NCBI GenBank assembly: GCA_041596165.1
Contig: JBFHJA010000001.1
Span: 18,956 to 82,955, forward strand
Source of the DNA: Draconibacterium sp.
Lineage (GTDB): Bacteria; Bacteroidota; Bacteroidia; Bacteroidales; Prolixibacteraceae
Reading direction: 5' to 3'
DNA length: 64,000 bases
The translations under genes and the position numbers were made by a program. This document shows, one piece after another, positions 48,017-58,647 of this stretch (its first letter is position 1; every line of letters begins with the position of its first letter). The notes beneath the pieces were generated by a model, which worked only from the letters and a program-made list of their open reading frames with translations, was not told the DNA's origin and did not search any database.

Positions 48017-48358
48017 ATGAAATTAATTAAAGCATATATCAGGCACCGAAAGTTGGAAGAGGTATATAAGACGCTAAAAAAAGAAGGTTTCTGCTGCATG
48101 ACCATGGCTGAATGTGAAGGCACCGGCCGGTATTCGGACCATGAAAAGGAGCACATCAGCGACAAATACCCGTTTGCCGATGCGTACCGGGTTATTAAAC
48201 TGGAAATTCTGGTGGCTGAAGAACATGTGAAACAGGTTGTAGAACTTATCCGCCAAAACGGACGGACAGGTTATCGGGGAGATGGGATGATTATCGTTTC
48301 GCCGGTTGATGAAGTGTACAAGGTAAGAACCGACGAGAAAGGAATACTCTCTGTATAA
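48017..48358 (+). CDS. P-II family signal transduction-like protein
   Basis: MKLIKAYIR..RTGYRGDGMIIVSPVDEVYKVRT. Confidence 0.85.
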   Translation: MKLIKAYIRHRKLEEVYKTLKKEGFCCMTMAECEGTGRYSDHEKEHISDKYPFADAYRVIKLEILVAEEHVKQVVELIRQNGRTGYRGDGMIIVSPVDEVYKVRTDEKGILSV

Positions 48359-48376
48359 ATTTTAATAAACAAAAAA

Positions 48377-49741
48377 ATGCAATGCTGCGATGATATGAAT
48401 TGTTTTGATCAGGGACGAATTTGTGTCCCCGATACGGAACTACCTACAATTGTAATAGTGGGAGGTGGTTTTGCAGGTTTGAACCTGGTAAAAAGACTAA
48501 AAGATTTGCCTGTTCAGGTGGTGCTGATTGATAAAAATAATTTTCATCAATTTCTCCCACTGTTGTACCAGGTAGCTACCAGCGGGATAGAACCCGACAG
48601 TATTGTGTTCCCTTTTAGGAAACTATTTAAGAATTACCGGAATGTTATTTTTCGGATGGCTGAGGCAACCAGCGTTGATAGTGCCAATAATATACTTAAT
48701 ACATCTATTGGAACAATAAATTACAATTACCTGGTTTTGGCAAATGGCAGCGATACAAATTTTTATAACAATGTAAGTTTTGAGCGTTTCGGGAATGGAT
48801 TGAAAACGGTAACTGATGCACTGGATATTAGGAGCAGGCTTCTGCAGAATCTTGAAAAAGCTGCAATAACCTGTTTAGAAGACGAAAAGAAAAGGTTTAG
48901 TAACGTTACCATTGTTGGAGGCGGTGCTACCGGTGTTGAAATTGCCGGTGCATTGGCTGAGTTCAAGAGATATATTTTACCTGCGGATTATCCAGAATTG
49001 AAAAATATAGAAATGAAAATATTTCTGATAGAGGCAGCTGATCGTTTGTTACAAGGGATGCCTGAAAAACTTTCGGAAAAAACATTGGAATATTTAATCG
49101 GGATGAAAGTTGATGTAAAACTAAATACTAAAGTTAATTCTTTTGATGGGTCCAAAGTTTTTCTTGGTAACGGAGAAACACTTGATACAAGCAATTTTAT
49201 CTGGACTGCAGGAGTGAAAGGAGTAACATTAAAAGGATTACCATTTGATTCAATTGGGAGGCAAAAACGGATTCTTGTTGATGAATTTTGTCGTATTAAT
49301 TCACTCCGAAATGTTTTTGCAATTGGCGATAATGCGCTTTTAAAAACACCTGAATATCCAAATGGGTACCCCATGGTTGCCCAACCCGCTATTCAGCAAG
49401 GTAAACTGCTTGCAAAAAATCTCATGAATATCATTCATAACAAAGCCCTGGAACCTTTTAGGTACCATGATAAAGGTTCGATGGCTACCATTGGCAGGAA
49501 AAAGGCGGTTGTTTCAATTAAAAAACTAGAATTCGGAGGTTTTTTTGCCTGGATGATCTGGTCGTTCATTCATTTAATATCAATAATTGGGGTTAGAAAC
49601 AAGGTGCTCATTTTCGTTAACTGGTTTTGGAGTTACTTCACTTTTGACAGAGGAGACAGGGTTATTATCAGAAGGTATAAAGAGGAAGTAATTAAAGAAG
49701 ATAAAATCTTGGAAAAACAAATTAGTAATCAAAATGGATAA
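48377..49741 (+). CDS. ndh: Type II NADH:quinone oxidoreductase
   Basis: GGGFAG, FLPLLYQVAT, GGGATGVE, AQPAIQQG, DKGSMATIGR. Confidence 0.88.
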   Translation: MQCCDDMNCFDQGRICVPDTELPTIVIVGGGFAGLNLVKRLKDLPVQVVLIDKNNFHQFLPLLYQVATSGIEPDSIVFPFRKLFKNYRNVIFRMAEATSVDSANNILNTSIGTINYNYLVLANGSDTNFYNNVSFERFGNGLKTVTDALDIRSRLLQNLEKAAITCLEDEKKRFSNVTIVGGGATGVEIAGALAEFKRYILPADYPELKNIEMKIFLIEAADRLLQGMPEKLSEKTLEYLIGMKVDVKLNTKVNSFDGSKVFLGNGETLDTSNFIWTAGVKGVTLKGLPFDSIGRQKRILVDEFCRINSLRNVFAIGDNALLKTPEYPNGYPMVAQPAIQQGKLLAKNLMNIIHNKALEPFRYHDKGSMATIGRKKAVVSIKKLEFGGFFAWMIWSFIHLISIIGVRNKVLIFVNWFWSYFTFDRGDRVIIRRYKEEVIKEDKILEKQISNQNG

Positions 49742-50378
49742 AGAAAAAATCATAGAAATATACCAAAAAAGGGCGTCTTCTTATAATTCAGATGTTAAGT
49801 TATTCAATTTAATTGGCTGGAAAGTAAATTATTACCGCACTATAGCAGTTGAATGCCTGAACTTGAAACAAGGGGATACAGTTGTTGATTTATGCTGCGG
49901 AACCGGATTGAATTTTCCACATCTGTATAATAAAGTTGGCCCTGAAGGGAAGGTAATTGGTGTCGATTTGTCTGCGGATATGCTAAAGGAAGCAGAAAAA
50001 CAAATAATAAAGGAAGGTTGGAAAAATTTCACCATGATACAAAGTGACGCCGCAAAATATCAGTTTCCCAAAAACATTAATGGAATAATTACTTCTTACG
50101 CAATTACGTTGATTCCGGAATTTGATTCTATAATCAGTATGGGTTCAAAATCCTTAATTAAAGGAGGAAGCTTTGTTGTTCTCGATTTTAAAAAACCTGA
50201 CAAGTGGCCGGAATGGTTTTCAAAATTCATGTTGACATTATTTATAAAACCGTATGGTGGTACGTATGAATTAAAAGACCGCCATGCCTGGGAATCGATT
50301 AAAAAATATCTCAAACTAAAAGAGTTTAAGGAATATTATTTTGGGTCAACATTCATTGCAACAGGAGAAAAACTATAA
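49734..50378 (+). CDS. UbiE-like class I SAM methyltransferase
   Basis: VVDLCCGTG, GVDLSADML. Confidence 0.85.
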   Translation: MDKEKIIEIYQKRASSYNSDVKLFNLIGWKVNYYRTIAVECLNLKQGDTVVDLCCGTGLNFPHLYNKVGPEGKVIGVDLSADMLKEAEKQIIKEGWKNFTMIQSDAAKYQFPKNINGIITSYAITLIPEFDSIISMGSKSLIKGGSFVVLDFKKPDKWPEWFSKFMLTLFIKPYGGTYELKDRHAWESIKKYLKLKEFKEYYFGSTFIATGEKL

Positions 50379-50407
50379 TAAGTAAATAACTTTTAATAAA
50401 TGGTATT

Positions 50408-50659
50408 GTGAAAATTGATAAACATACATTTTTAATGATAATTGGATGTGGGTTACCCTTGCTCTTTATCTTCCTGGCTCCGGCACTGGGAATTTCCGGT
50501 AATATTTCAATCTTCATTTTTATTGTCGCCATGTTTGCCTTTCATCTTCTTATGCCAATGCATAATCATGGGGGGCACCAGCACGGGCACAGTTCCGAAA
50601 ACAACAATGCGAATAATAAAAATTTAAAAACAAAAAATCATGAACACAATCAACATTAA
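50408..50659 (+). CDS. Small His-rich membrane protein (DUF2933-like)
   Basis: Two TM helices, HLLM, His-rich tail. Confidence 0.6.
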   Translation: MKIDKHTFLMIIGCGLPLLFIFLAPALGISGNISIFIFIVAMFAFHLLMPMHNHGGHQHGHSSENNNANNKNLKTKNHEHNQH

Positions 50660-50930
50660 AAAATTTGGTTTTGCCTTTGGCATCACAGGGGCTATCCTTT
50701 ATTTGGGCTGTGTAATTGTCATGGCCACTGTTGGGCACGATGGTACAGTAAAATTTTTCAATAGCCTTTTACACGGGCTTGATGTAACTTCAATAATCAG
50801 GATGCAGGTATCCTGGTGGGAAGCATTGATTGGAATGGTGGAAACATTCATTTTTGCCTGGTTCATTGGGGCATGTATTGCGTGTTTTTATAATATAAGT
50901 GGGATTAAAAAACAAAATAAATCAGAATAA
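50640..50930 (+). CDS. DUF5676-like membrane protein
   Basis: YLGC..LLHGLD..FYN pattern. Confidence 0.65.
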   Translation: MNTINIKKFGFAFGITGAILYLGCVIVMATVGHDGTVKFFNSLLHGLDVTSIIRMQVSWWEALIGMVETFIFAWFIGACIACFYNISGIKKQNKSE

Positions 50931-50966
50931 AATTATAAATCAGTATTCATTAAAAACAAAGCTATT

Positions 50967-51845
50967 ATGAACTACATTAATTTTTATTATTTAATTATTC
51001 CGATAGTACTTATTATATTTCTATCAGGAATCAGAATTGTTAGACCAATTCAACGAGGTTTGATTGAGCGGCTTGGAAAATACCATCATCTTGCCAACCC
51101 CGGATTTCACTGGATTATTCCGGTTATTGACCGATTATATAAGGTGAATATAACTGAACAAATGGTAGACGCAGAGCCACAGGAAATAATCACTAATGAC
51201 AACTTGAATGCAAGCGTTGATGCCCAGGTCTATTTCAGGGTAAAATCAGATGAAGAAAGTATTAAAGGGTCAACTTATGATGTTGACGACTATAGATGGC
51301 AGATTGTTAACCTTGCACGTACAACACTTAGAAATATTATTGGCACACTTACTTTAAAATCTGCCAACAGCGAACGGGGAAAAATCAATACTGAACTTCA
51401 TGAAACCTTGCATAAAGAGACTAAAAGCTGGGGCATTGAAATCATTCGAACTGAATTAAAACAAATAGATCCACCGGCAGACGTTCAGGAAACCATGAAT
51501 AAGGTAGTAAAAGCCGAAAATGAAAAAATAGCCGCGATAGATTCCGCGACTGCAGCAGAGACCGTAGCTGATGGAATAAAACGAGCTAAAATAAAAGAAG
51601 CCGAAGGGTTTAAACAATCTAAAATCCTGCATGCACAGGGAGATGCGGAAGCTATTAAAATAGTTAACGAAGCTGCTGATAAATACTTCATTGGAAACGC
51701 TCAATTATTACGAAAACTTGAAGCTCTTGAGGCATCTCTCAAACAGAATGCTAAAATTGTTATTCCGACTGGTTCCGATTTGGTAAATATCATTGGAGAG
51801 ATGGCAGGAATAATTCCATTGAACAGAAAACAAAATGAAGATTAA
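50967..51845 (+). CDS. SPFH/band 7 protein
   Basis: GLIERLGKY..PGFHWIIP, QEIITNDN, TTLRNIIG. Confidence 0.9.
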   Translation: MNYINFYYLIIPIVLIIFLSGIRIVRPIQRGLIERLGKYHHLANPGFHWIIPVIDRLYKVNITEQMVDAEPQEIITNDNLNASVDAQVYFRVKSDEESIKGSTYDVDDYRWQIVNLARTTLRNIIGTLTLKSANSERGKINTELHETLHKETKSWGIEIIRTELKQIDPPADVQETMNKVVKAENEKIAAIDSATAAETVADGIKRAKIKEAEGFKQSKILHAQGDAEAIKIVNEAADKYFIGNAQLLRKLEALEASLKQNAKIVIPTGSDLVNIIGEMAGIIPLNRKQNED

Positions 51846-51967
51846 TTATTGAAACTGAAATTATACTTCAATAATGAAATGTTGGGATGCATTAACATTT
51901 GTTTCATGTGTTGAAATTATAAGCGTAAATAAATTCGAGCAAATTTTTCAATAAATAAAGTAACAAA

Positions 51968-54337
51968 ATGAGAGCAAAAAATATTATTATCAACGTACTA
52001 ATCCTCCTCCTGGTTTCTTCCACAGGCATCATGCTGGAAATTAGCCTGTCGCGACTTTTCTCCTATATGATGAGCTACCATTTTGTTTTTATCATTATCG
52101 CATTTACTCTTTTCGGCCTTGGAATCGGAGAAATGGCCTATTACAGATGGTCATGGATACATACAAAGGTTAAGCTATTTTATTATGCTCTCCCTTTTAG
52201 CATCCTGATTGGTTTTGTAGTAATGGTTTCTCTTAACAAGTCGGGCATTTTTACAATCCCTTCAATTACCTTGCTGACCAATATATTATTGTCCGTTCTC
52301 CCATTTATAATTATTGGTATAATAAAGGCCGATATTTTCCATACGCACCGAACAAATGTCACCTGGCTTTACAGTATTGACCTGGTAGGTTGTGCAATCG
52401 GTGCATTGCTAACTGTGTTCATTCTCAACAACCTGGGTCTTTCCATAGCATTCCTGGTCAGTTATATCCTGTTGGCAATTGCCTGTTTATTATCATTGTT
52501 TACACTTTCGGGAATAAAAGTTAAATCCTTGCAACAAGGAATTGGATGGTTCGCCTTAGTCCTCATATTCGGATGGGCAAGTTTTTGGGTTTACAATTTT
52601 AATCCTTCGATAAGCAAGGATAAAGAAAAAGACATGCTTCGTTTGATGAGCAATCCTGCTATAAAAAGCAAGATTCTTGATACGGAATGGAATTCGTTTG
52701 GTAAAACCGATCTTGTGGAATTTACAAATCAGGATGGGACAAGTGATAAAGTGATGTTTGTGGATGGTGCAGCCGGTACCGATTTGGTTAGTTTAGATGA
52801 ATTGATTAAAGGGACACCTGGTTCCCCGCATAAATTGAAGCACTTTTCGGCGAACTTTGAATTAAATTTCCTTGAGGAAAACGAAAAAGATTCTGTACTG
52901 ATCATCGGTCCCGGCGGTGGAATTGACATTGCTGCAACATGGCTCATGAAATTCGGGCAGATAGATGCTGCCGAAATAAATCCATCCTTTGTTCGGTTAA
53001 TGAAAAAGTATAACCCGGCAACCTTTTCTGAGAAAGGTAATATCGCGGTTTATGTTAGTGAAGGGCGGAATTTTGTCAGGCAATCTAAAAACAAGTACGA
53101 TGTGATCATGCTTACCATTCCGGTAACCAAAGGCGGCAGGGGGGCCGACTTCTACGGTCTCAGCGAAAACTATCTCTTCACCCACGAAGCGGTCAAAGAT
53201 TATCTAAACGCACTGACCCCCGAAGGAAGGCTGATTTTCACCATGCACAATCCGGTGGAAGTGTACCGGATGCTCTCCAACTACCTGCAACTAATGGAAA
53301 CGGAGAAAATAGATTCGAAAACAGCAATGCAAAATGTGCTTATTTACTCCAACGGGATGATGCCAGTGGTGGTGATTAAAAAAATGCCATTTGATAAAAA
53401 CAGGACTGAAGTTAAACACATTTTGGCACATCGGCAAGGTTTGGATCAGGGAACATTTTTCTTTCCATATATCCAACAAGCAGGTATTGATACGGTGGTG
53501 GAAAACAAGGAATACCAATGGTACATGTTTGACAAACTAATATATGGCATCTCACAAAATGAATATAGCTTCAACCAGTTCTCTGATGCCTCACTATTAA
53601 ATCTGAAGCCTGTTAGCGACGATTCCCCTTATTTTTTCAACTATGAAAATGGTATCCCAAAATCTTTGATGACTTTATTTATCTTATCATTGATTATCAT
53701 CGGATGGATTATTTCAAAGACCGTCACTGGTTGGAAATTCGGCGGTGAATTACCGCCGGTAACAAAGAAAAAGATAAACTTCCTGGCATTTGTGGTTTTT
53801 GCACTGGGTATGTGTTATTTCTTTATCCAGTCCTATCTTTTTCAGGTATTAAACCTGCAACTGTCAAATCCTGCACAATCATTTTCCTTATTGTTGTTCA
53901 CTTTTCTGTTAGGCAATGGATTAGGTAGTTTATTTACAGGTCTGTTCCGAAAAAACTTCATTTTAATGGCAGGATTGTACAGCCTAACAGTGGCATTGTT
54001 GATGGTTGCCGTCAGGATTTTGATTATACCAGGCTTTGCCGGAAATGGTATTTCACAACTATATATGGTCATTATACTTCTCGTTATCGCTTTTTTTATT
54101 GGTATTCCCTTTCCTTCTATCCTCAAGGAAGTATCTGGAGAACAGGAATATATTCTTCCGCTATTTTTAGGTATATCTTCCCTGGTAAGCATGGCCACAG
54201 CAGTAATGGTGATTGTTATTTCCATGTTGTGGGGGTACTCCTACGTGTTGTGGCTTGGGATTGCTGGTTATATAATCGTAGCCGTATTGTTAATGTTTTT
54301 ACATAGTAATAATTTAAAAACACTCAAGAATGCATAA
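51968..54337 (+). CDS. Membrane-fused spermidine-synthase-like protein
   Basis: Multi-TM N- and C-termini, central VLIIGPGGGID, EIN, EGRNFV, ENYLFT, DDSPYF. Confidence 0.8.
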   Translation: MRAKNIIINVLILLLVSSTGIMLEISLSRLFSYMMSYHFVFIIIAFTLFGLGIGEMAYYRWSWIHTKVKLFYYALPFSILIGFVVMVSLNKSGIFTIPSITLLTNILLSVLPFIIIGIIKADIFHTHRTNVTWLYSIDLVGCAIGALLTVFILNNLGLSIAFLVSYILLAIACLLSLFTLSGIKVKSLQQGIGWFALVLIFGWASFWVYNFNPSISKDKEKDMLRLMSNPAIKSKILDTEWNSFGKTDLVEFTNQDGTSDKVMFVDGAAGTDLVSLDELIKGTPGSPHKLKHFSANFELNFLEENEKDSVLIIGPGGGIDIAATWLMKFGQIDAAEINPSFVRLMKKYNPATFSEKGNIAVYVSEGRNFVRQSKNKYDVIMLTIPVTKGGRGADFYGLSENYLFTHEAVKDYLNALTPEGRLIFTMHNPVEVYRMLSNYLQLMETEKIDSKTAMQNVLIYSNGMMPVVVIKKMPFDKNRTEVKHILAHRQGLDQGTFFFPYIQQAGIDTVVENKEYQWYMFDKLIYGISQNEYSFNQFSDASLLNLKPVSDDSPYFFNYENGIPKSLMTLFILSLIIIGWIISKTVTGWKFGGELPPVTKKKINFLAFVVFALGMCYFFIQSYLFQVLNLQLSNPAQSFSLLLFTFLLGNGLGSLFTGLFRKNFILMAGLYSLTVALLMVAVRILIIPGFAGNGISQLYMVIILLVIAFFIGIPFPSILKEVSGEQEYILPLFLGISSLVSMATAVMVIVISMLWGYSYVLWLGIAGYIIVAVLLMFLHSNNLKTLKNA

Positions 54338-54434
54338 AAAATGGTCACTTAATCTGGAGTTGTTAGTATTGATGATATCCTTGAATGGATACAGTCAAAA
54401 GAAATCATATTGAATCATTAAAAGTTAAAATATC

Positions 54435-55115
54435 ATGAAAACAAAAAAAAGAATTCTACAATTAGGGATTATTTCAGTTGTTGTATTTTTTACCGCATGT
54501 AATGGAAACCGACAAAAAGTACATGACCATAATAACATGGATATGAAAAGTGAAGTTATGGCAACGCAACACCATAAAAATGACACCACAATCATGCACA
54601 ATCAACATAATAGCCTGGCCAATAATTTTGAGCATCAGGATATTGTTATCCTGGACCAGGCATATCAACCAGCCGACGAAACAAAAGTTGAGCTTGAACA
54701 GGTTATTGATGCCTATATCAAAATAAAAGATGCCTTTGCCAAAGACAATGAGAAGGATGCTGACAAGGCTGTTGATTTGATGGCTGAAAAAGTAGCCGCA
54801 GTTGTTCCTACAAAGCTTGAAGGCAAAGGTCTTGAAGCCTGGAAAAACCATCAAGCCCTGTACGAACAAAAGCTAAAAGAAATGCGGCACATTAAAGGGC
54901 TGGATAATAAACGCTCCTATTTCAGCCACATCTCCGAGATTATGTATTGTACCATTAAAAGTTTCGGATTGAAGCAAGGCAATTTATTTGCAATCTTTTG
55001 CCCCATGGCTTTTGACGGAAAAGGAGCCTATTGGATTAACGACAGTAAAGTTATTCTTAACCCATATATGGGCGCTAAGATGCCAACTTGTGGGGAAATA
55101 AAAGAAGAACTGTAA
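54435..55115 (+). CDS. DUF3347 lipoprotein
   Basis: FTAC lipobox; YIKIKDAF, FCPMA..W..NPYMG..CG. Confidence 0.85.
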   Translation: MKTKKRILQLGIISVVVFFTACNGNRQKVHDHNNMDMKSEVMATQHHKNDTTIMHNQHNSLANNFEHQDIVILDQAYQPADETKVELEQVIDAYIKIKDAFAKDNEKDADKAVDLMAEKVAAVVPTKLEGKGLEAWKNHQALYEQKLKEMRHIKGLDNKRSYFSHISEIMYCTIKSFGLKQGNLFAIFCPMAFDGKGAYWINDSKVILNPYMGAKMPTCGEIKEEL

Positions 55116-55156
55116 AGTAATTAATTCATATTTTTTAAAACTTAAAATTTTAAGTA

Positions 55157-55330
55157 ATGGAAACTAAAAAACATCATCCCGGTCACGAAGGAATGAACAT
55201 GGTTTATCAATGTACGATGAAGTGTGAAAAAGACAAAGTGTACAACCAACCGGGAAATTGCCCTGTGTGCAATATGAAACTAGTACAGGTTGGCAGCACT
55301 AGCTCACACGAACATCATCACATGTGTTAA
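55157..55330 (+). CDS. Heavy-metal-binding-domain mini-protein (57 aa; not in the supplied ORF track)
   Basis: METKKHHPGH..YQCTMKCEKDKVYNQPGNCPVCNMKL..HEHHHMC. Confidence 0.75.
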   Translation: METKKHHPGHEGMNMVYQCTMKCEKDKVYNQPGNCPVCNMKLVQVGSTSSHEHHHMC

Positions 55331-55332
55331 TT

Positions 55333-56001
55333 ATGACGGTAAGATATTATATAATAATAACAATTTTTTTTGCATTGGCTATTAGTTGCCAGGCACAAGA
55401 GAACATGCTCATTAAGAAAATAGCGGGAAAGGAAATCGTACGTACAGGCTATGATGAATCTGGTGAACTAATCTCAAAACAAAAATTTTCAATCAGTAAT
55501 CTGGATACTAAGGACGGGTATCTTTCTGCAAAAATCAGTGTTTTATTATTTGATGAGAAAGATATTCTTACTGGCAGTTATACCACGGTTTATGTCTGTA
55601 AACCAGACGAATCAGATATTCTTGTAACTGTTTTTTCATTAGCCAGCCAAAACAATGCAGAATATGTTATTGAAACTTCCTCTACGGATTTTAAAGGGCT
55701 ATATAATTTCCCTGAAAATATCAAAAAGTTGAATGACGTCGATTTTGAGATGTCTGTTAAATCGGGACTTTTAAGTTTTTTCGGTTCTAAAAATAGGGTT
55801 TCGATAAAAAAAAGAACCCTTGAAATGGAAAACGCTGATTATATCCTGAAATCTGATTTAACCGTTGAGGCCTACTTATGGGGGATACGTGTCAAAACAA
55901 TTAGTTATGTGGTCATTGAGAAACTGGATTCTGAGAAATCCTTTATTAGTCAAGTTTTTAGAAATGACGACGGTAGTTATTTTTCAATTAATTACAATTA
56001 A
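55333..56001 (+). CDS. Secreted hypothetical protein
   Basis: Signal peptide, 222 aa. Confidence 0.7.
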   Translation: MTVRYYIIITIFFALAISCQAQENMLIKKIAGKEIVRTGYDESGELISKQKFSISNLDTKDGYLSAKISVLLFDEKDILTGSYTTVYVCKPDESDILVTVFSLASQNNAEYVIETSSTDFKGLYNFPENIKKLNDVDFEMSVKSGLLSFFGSKNRVSIKKRTLEMENADYILKSDLTVEAYLWGIRVKTISYVVIEKLDSEKSFISQVFRNDDGSYFSINYN

Positions 56002-56052
56002 AATGTTTGAAACAACTTGAAGATATGATGTTTAATGCAAAATTTTAAAGTC

Positions 56053-56229
56053 ATGGAAACTAAAAAACAAAATTCAGAAGATGAAAAAAAACAGAAGTTT
56101 TATCAATGCCCATTGAGGTGTGAGGAAAAAAAGAAATACAACCATCCTGGAAATTGCCCTTTTTGCAGTAGAAAATTGGTTAAAATTCGTGATAAAGATT
56201 CACCAGATTTCAGTCATTTTTTTGGATAA
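56053..56229 (+). CDS. HMBD mini-protein
   Basis: YQCPLRCEE..YNHPGNCPFCSRKL. Confidence 0.7.
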   Translation: METKKQNSEDEKKQKFYQCPLRCEEKKKYNHPGNCPFCSRKLVKIRDKDSPDFSHFFG

Positions 56230-56301
56230 TTATAAAACTGTATCATGTTTAAAAGAATAAATAATAGAATTATGAAATATCAATTTTTAAAAATTAATAC
56301 A

Positions 56302-56889
56302 ATGAGAAAAACAATGATTATGCTTTGCCTGGCTTTAGTAAGTTGGGGAGCAAGTGCACAACACAACCATTCAAATGAAGGGCATTCTAACATGGATTCA
56401 AAAATGGCAAACAAATCCATGGTACAATCCACATTAAAAGTTGAACGAACCAAATCCGCTACAACTATTATCGACAATTACCTGGCATTAAAAGATGCAC
56501 TGGTAGCCGATAACAGCAAAAAGTCAGCAAGCTCGGGGAAAATGTTGTTCGATGCTTTCGCAAAATTCGACATTTCGGCGCAACCAAAATCAAAACAAAA
56601 AGAATTGGGCGAAATTATTGAAGATGCCAGTGAGCATGCCGAACATATTTCGGAAAACGACGGGAACATTGAGCACCAGCGAGAACACTTCGAAATATTG
56701 AGTACAGATATTAAAGATTTGGTTGTTATTACAGGGGGCGATCGCAATTTGTACCAGATATTTTGCCCGATGTATAATAATAACAAAGGTGGATCATGGC
56801 TGAGCGCCTCAAGTGAGATAAAGAACCCGTTTTTGGGTAGTAAAATGATGAAATGCGGCAGTGTTACACAAGAAATTGTTGTGAAATGA
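56302..56889 (+). CDS. DUF3347 periplasmic protein
   Basis: YLALKDALV, HQREHF, FCPMY..WLS..NPFLG..CG. Confidence 0.85.
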   Translation: MRKTMIMLCLALVSWGASAQHNHSNEGHSNMDSKMANKSMVQSTLKVERTKSATTIIDNYLALKDALVADNSKKSASSGKMLFDAFAKFDISAQPKSKQKELGEIIEDASEHAEHISENDGNIEHQREHFEILSTDIKDLVVITGGDRNLYQIFCPMYNNNKGGSWLSASSEIKNPFLGSKMMKCGSVTQEIVVK

Positions 56890-57341
56890 AACTGCTTAAA
56901 TGGATAGGTTTGGTTCTTTTGATTCTTCTGGTGGGTTTGCAATTCATCTCCACCAGGAGTAATCAAAGTTCTGCATTGCCTTCAACCGACTTTGTAAAAA
57001 CATTCAAAGTTCCTGATGGTGTTGAGAATATCCTTTCAGTTTCGTGTTATAACTGCCATAGCAACAATACCAATTATCCCTGGTACAGCAGGGTGCAGCC
57101 GGTTGGTTTGTATTTGGAATATCACATCAAAAAAGGTAAGGCTGAGCTTAATTTCAGTGAATTCGGTGACTATTCCATAAGAAAACAAAAAAACAAATTA
57201 AAGTCAATGATAAGTCAGGTTGAAAAGGGTGAAATGCCTTTGAAAACTTACACGCTCATTCATCGCGATGCACGTTTATCGAAAGTTGATAAAAAAGTAT
57301 TTGTAGATTATTTGATTTCAGTTCAGGACAGTTTGAGATAA
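56886..57341 (+). CDS. Haem-binding c-type cytochrome domain protein
   Basis: SCYNCHSNNTNYPWYS, LNFSEF, GEMPL. Confidence 0.85.
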   Translation: MKLLKWIGLVLLILLVGLQFISTRSNQSSALPSTDFVKTFKVPDGVENILSVSCYNCHSNNTNYPWYSRVQPVGLYLEYHIKKGKAELNFSEFGDYSIRKQKNKLKSMISQVEKGEMPLKTYTLIHRDARLSKVDKKVFVDYLISVQDSLR

Positions 57342-57370
57342 TTATTTAAGTTAAAAAATGACAACAAGCA

Positions 57371-57931
57371 ATGAATATACACATTAAAAATATGGTTTGT
57401 AACAGATGTATCATGGTTGTTGGGCAAATATTCAAAAATGTCGGTATCGATGATGCCAATGTTCAAATGGGAAAGGTAATTGTGAAAAACAATATTCCTG
57501 AAAAACAATTTGAAACAGTTGAACAAAATTTGAATGGTGCGGGCTTCGAAATTATAAAGAGCCATACACTTCAATTGGTCGAACAAATTAAAACAATAAT
57601 TATTGACTTTGTGTACAATACCCCTGTTGATAAAAGTGTCAATTTCTCGACCCTTCTTATTTCAAAAATGGATTTGGAATACAGTTACTTGAGCAGCTTA
57701 TTTTCTTCGGTTGAAAACACTACTATCGAACATTATCTGATAAACATCAAGATTGAAAGGGTAAAAGAGCTTCTTGTTTACGATGAAAAAACTTTGAGTG
57801 AAATAGCCTGGGAAATGGGGTACAGTAGCGTTGCACATTTGTCGGGGCAGTTTAAAAAAGTTACGGGATTTACACCTTCGTATTTTAAAAACCTGGGCGA
57901 ACAAAAACGAAAATCCATTGATAATGTTTGA
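57371..57931 (+). CDS. Second HMA-AraC regulator
   Basis: IKNMVCNRCI; YSSVAHLSGQFKKVTG. Confidence 0.9.
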   Translation: MNIHIKNMVCNRCIMVVGQIFKNVGIDDANVQMGKVIVKNNIPEKQFETVEQNLNGAGFEIIKSHTLQLVEQIKTIIIDFVYNTPVDKSVNFSTLLISKMDLEYSYLSSLFSSVENTTIEHYLINIKIERVKELLVYDEKTLSEIAWEMGYSSVAHLSGQFKKVTGFTPSYFKNLGEQKRKSIDNV

Positions 57932-57941
57932 GAATACTAAA

Positions 57942-58001
57942 ATAATGTAAATCATTCAATAAATTATGTAACACATTAAAAATTTGGTAGTTGTATCTTT
58001 G
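57942..58001 (+). promoter_or_regulatory. AraC-type operator plus promoter, copy 3
   Basis: ATAATGTAA/ATTATGTAA at 21-bp period; TATCTTTG at 57994. Confidence 0.7.
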
Positions 58002-58029
58002 GAATAGTTAAACTTTTAAAATTTATATT

Positions 58030-58242
58030 ATGAAAACACTGAATCATTTAAGTAAAAATGGAACAAATGACGGAGAAGGGACAGTGGCTCAAAACAATTG
58101 TAATGAGTTTGTTCCTGAGTCAAAGATAAAATACCAATGCCCATTGAAATGCCATGGAGAAGAAGTTTATGATGAACCTGGGTTATGCCCCGATTCTAAA
58201 ATGCAAATGATACCCGTGGGAGCAGGACATATCTTTTATTAA
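58030..58242 (+). CDS. HMBD mini-protein (last Cys replaced by Ser)
   Basis: YQCPLKCHGEEVYDEPGLCPDSKM. Confidence 0.65.
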   Translation: MKTLNHLSKNGTNDGEGTVAQNNCNEFVPESKIKYQCPLKCHGEEVYDEPGLCPDSKMQMIPVGAGHIFY

Positions 58243-58328
58243 ACGGCAGAAAAAATAATTATTAAATAAAAAATTGCAAGCATAGCTCGCGAAAGTATTG
58301 TTTAAGTTGAACTTTAAAATTTTACATC

Positions 58329-58547
58329 ATGAGAAAGCTAATAAATTTCTTTAAAAGGAAAGAAACCGATAAGGATTCATCTGGATTATGGCAAAAAAGA
58401 AAAACAAATAATAAGTATTTCTGCCTGATGAAATGCGAAGGTGACAAATATTATGAAACACCGGGTACTTGCCCGGAATGCAAAATGAAACTGGTGACGG
58501 ATGACAATATTTTGGATTCAATAGTTCGGTTTCGTTGTAATGTTTGA
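58329..58547 (+). CDS. HMBD mini-protein
   Basis: YFCLMKCEGDKYYETPGTCPECKMKL. Confidence 0.7.
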   Translation: MRKLINFFKRKETDKDSSGLWQKRKTNNKYFCLMKCEGDKYYETPGTCPECKMKLVTDDNILDSIVRFRCNV

Positions 58548-58647
58548 TTTGATTATTAATGGAGTTCATTAAAGTAATGGGTACAAAGTAGGTTTTAGAA
58601 ATTCAAGAAAAAAATCGAAAATGAAAACATTGCAATGAAACCAATAA

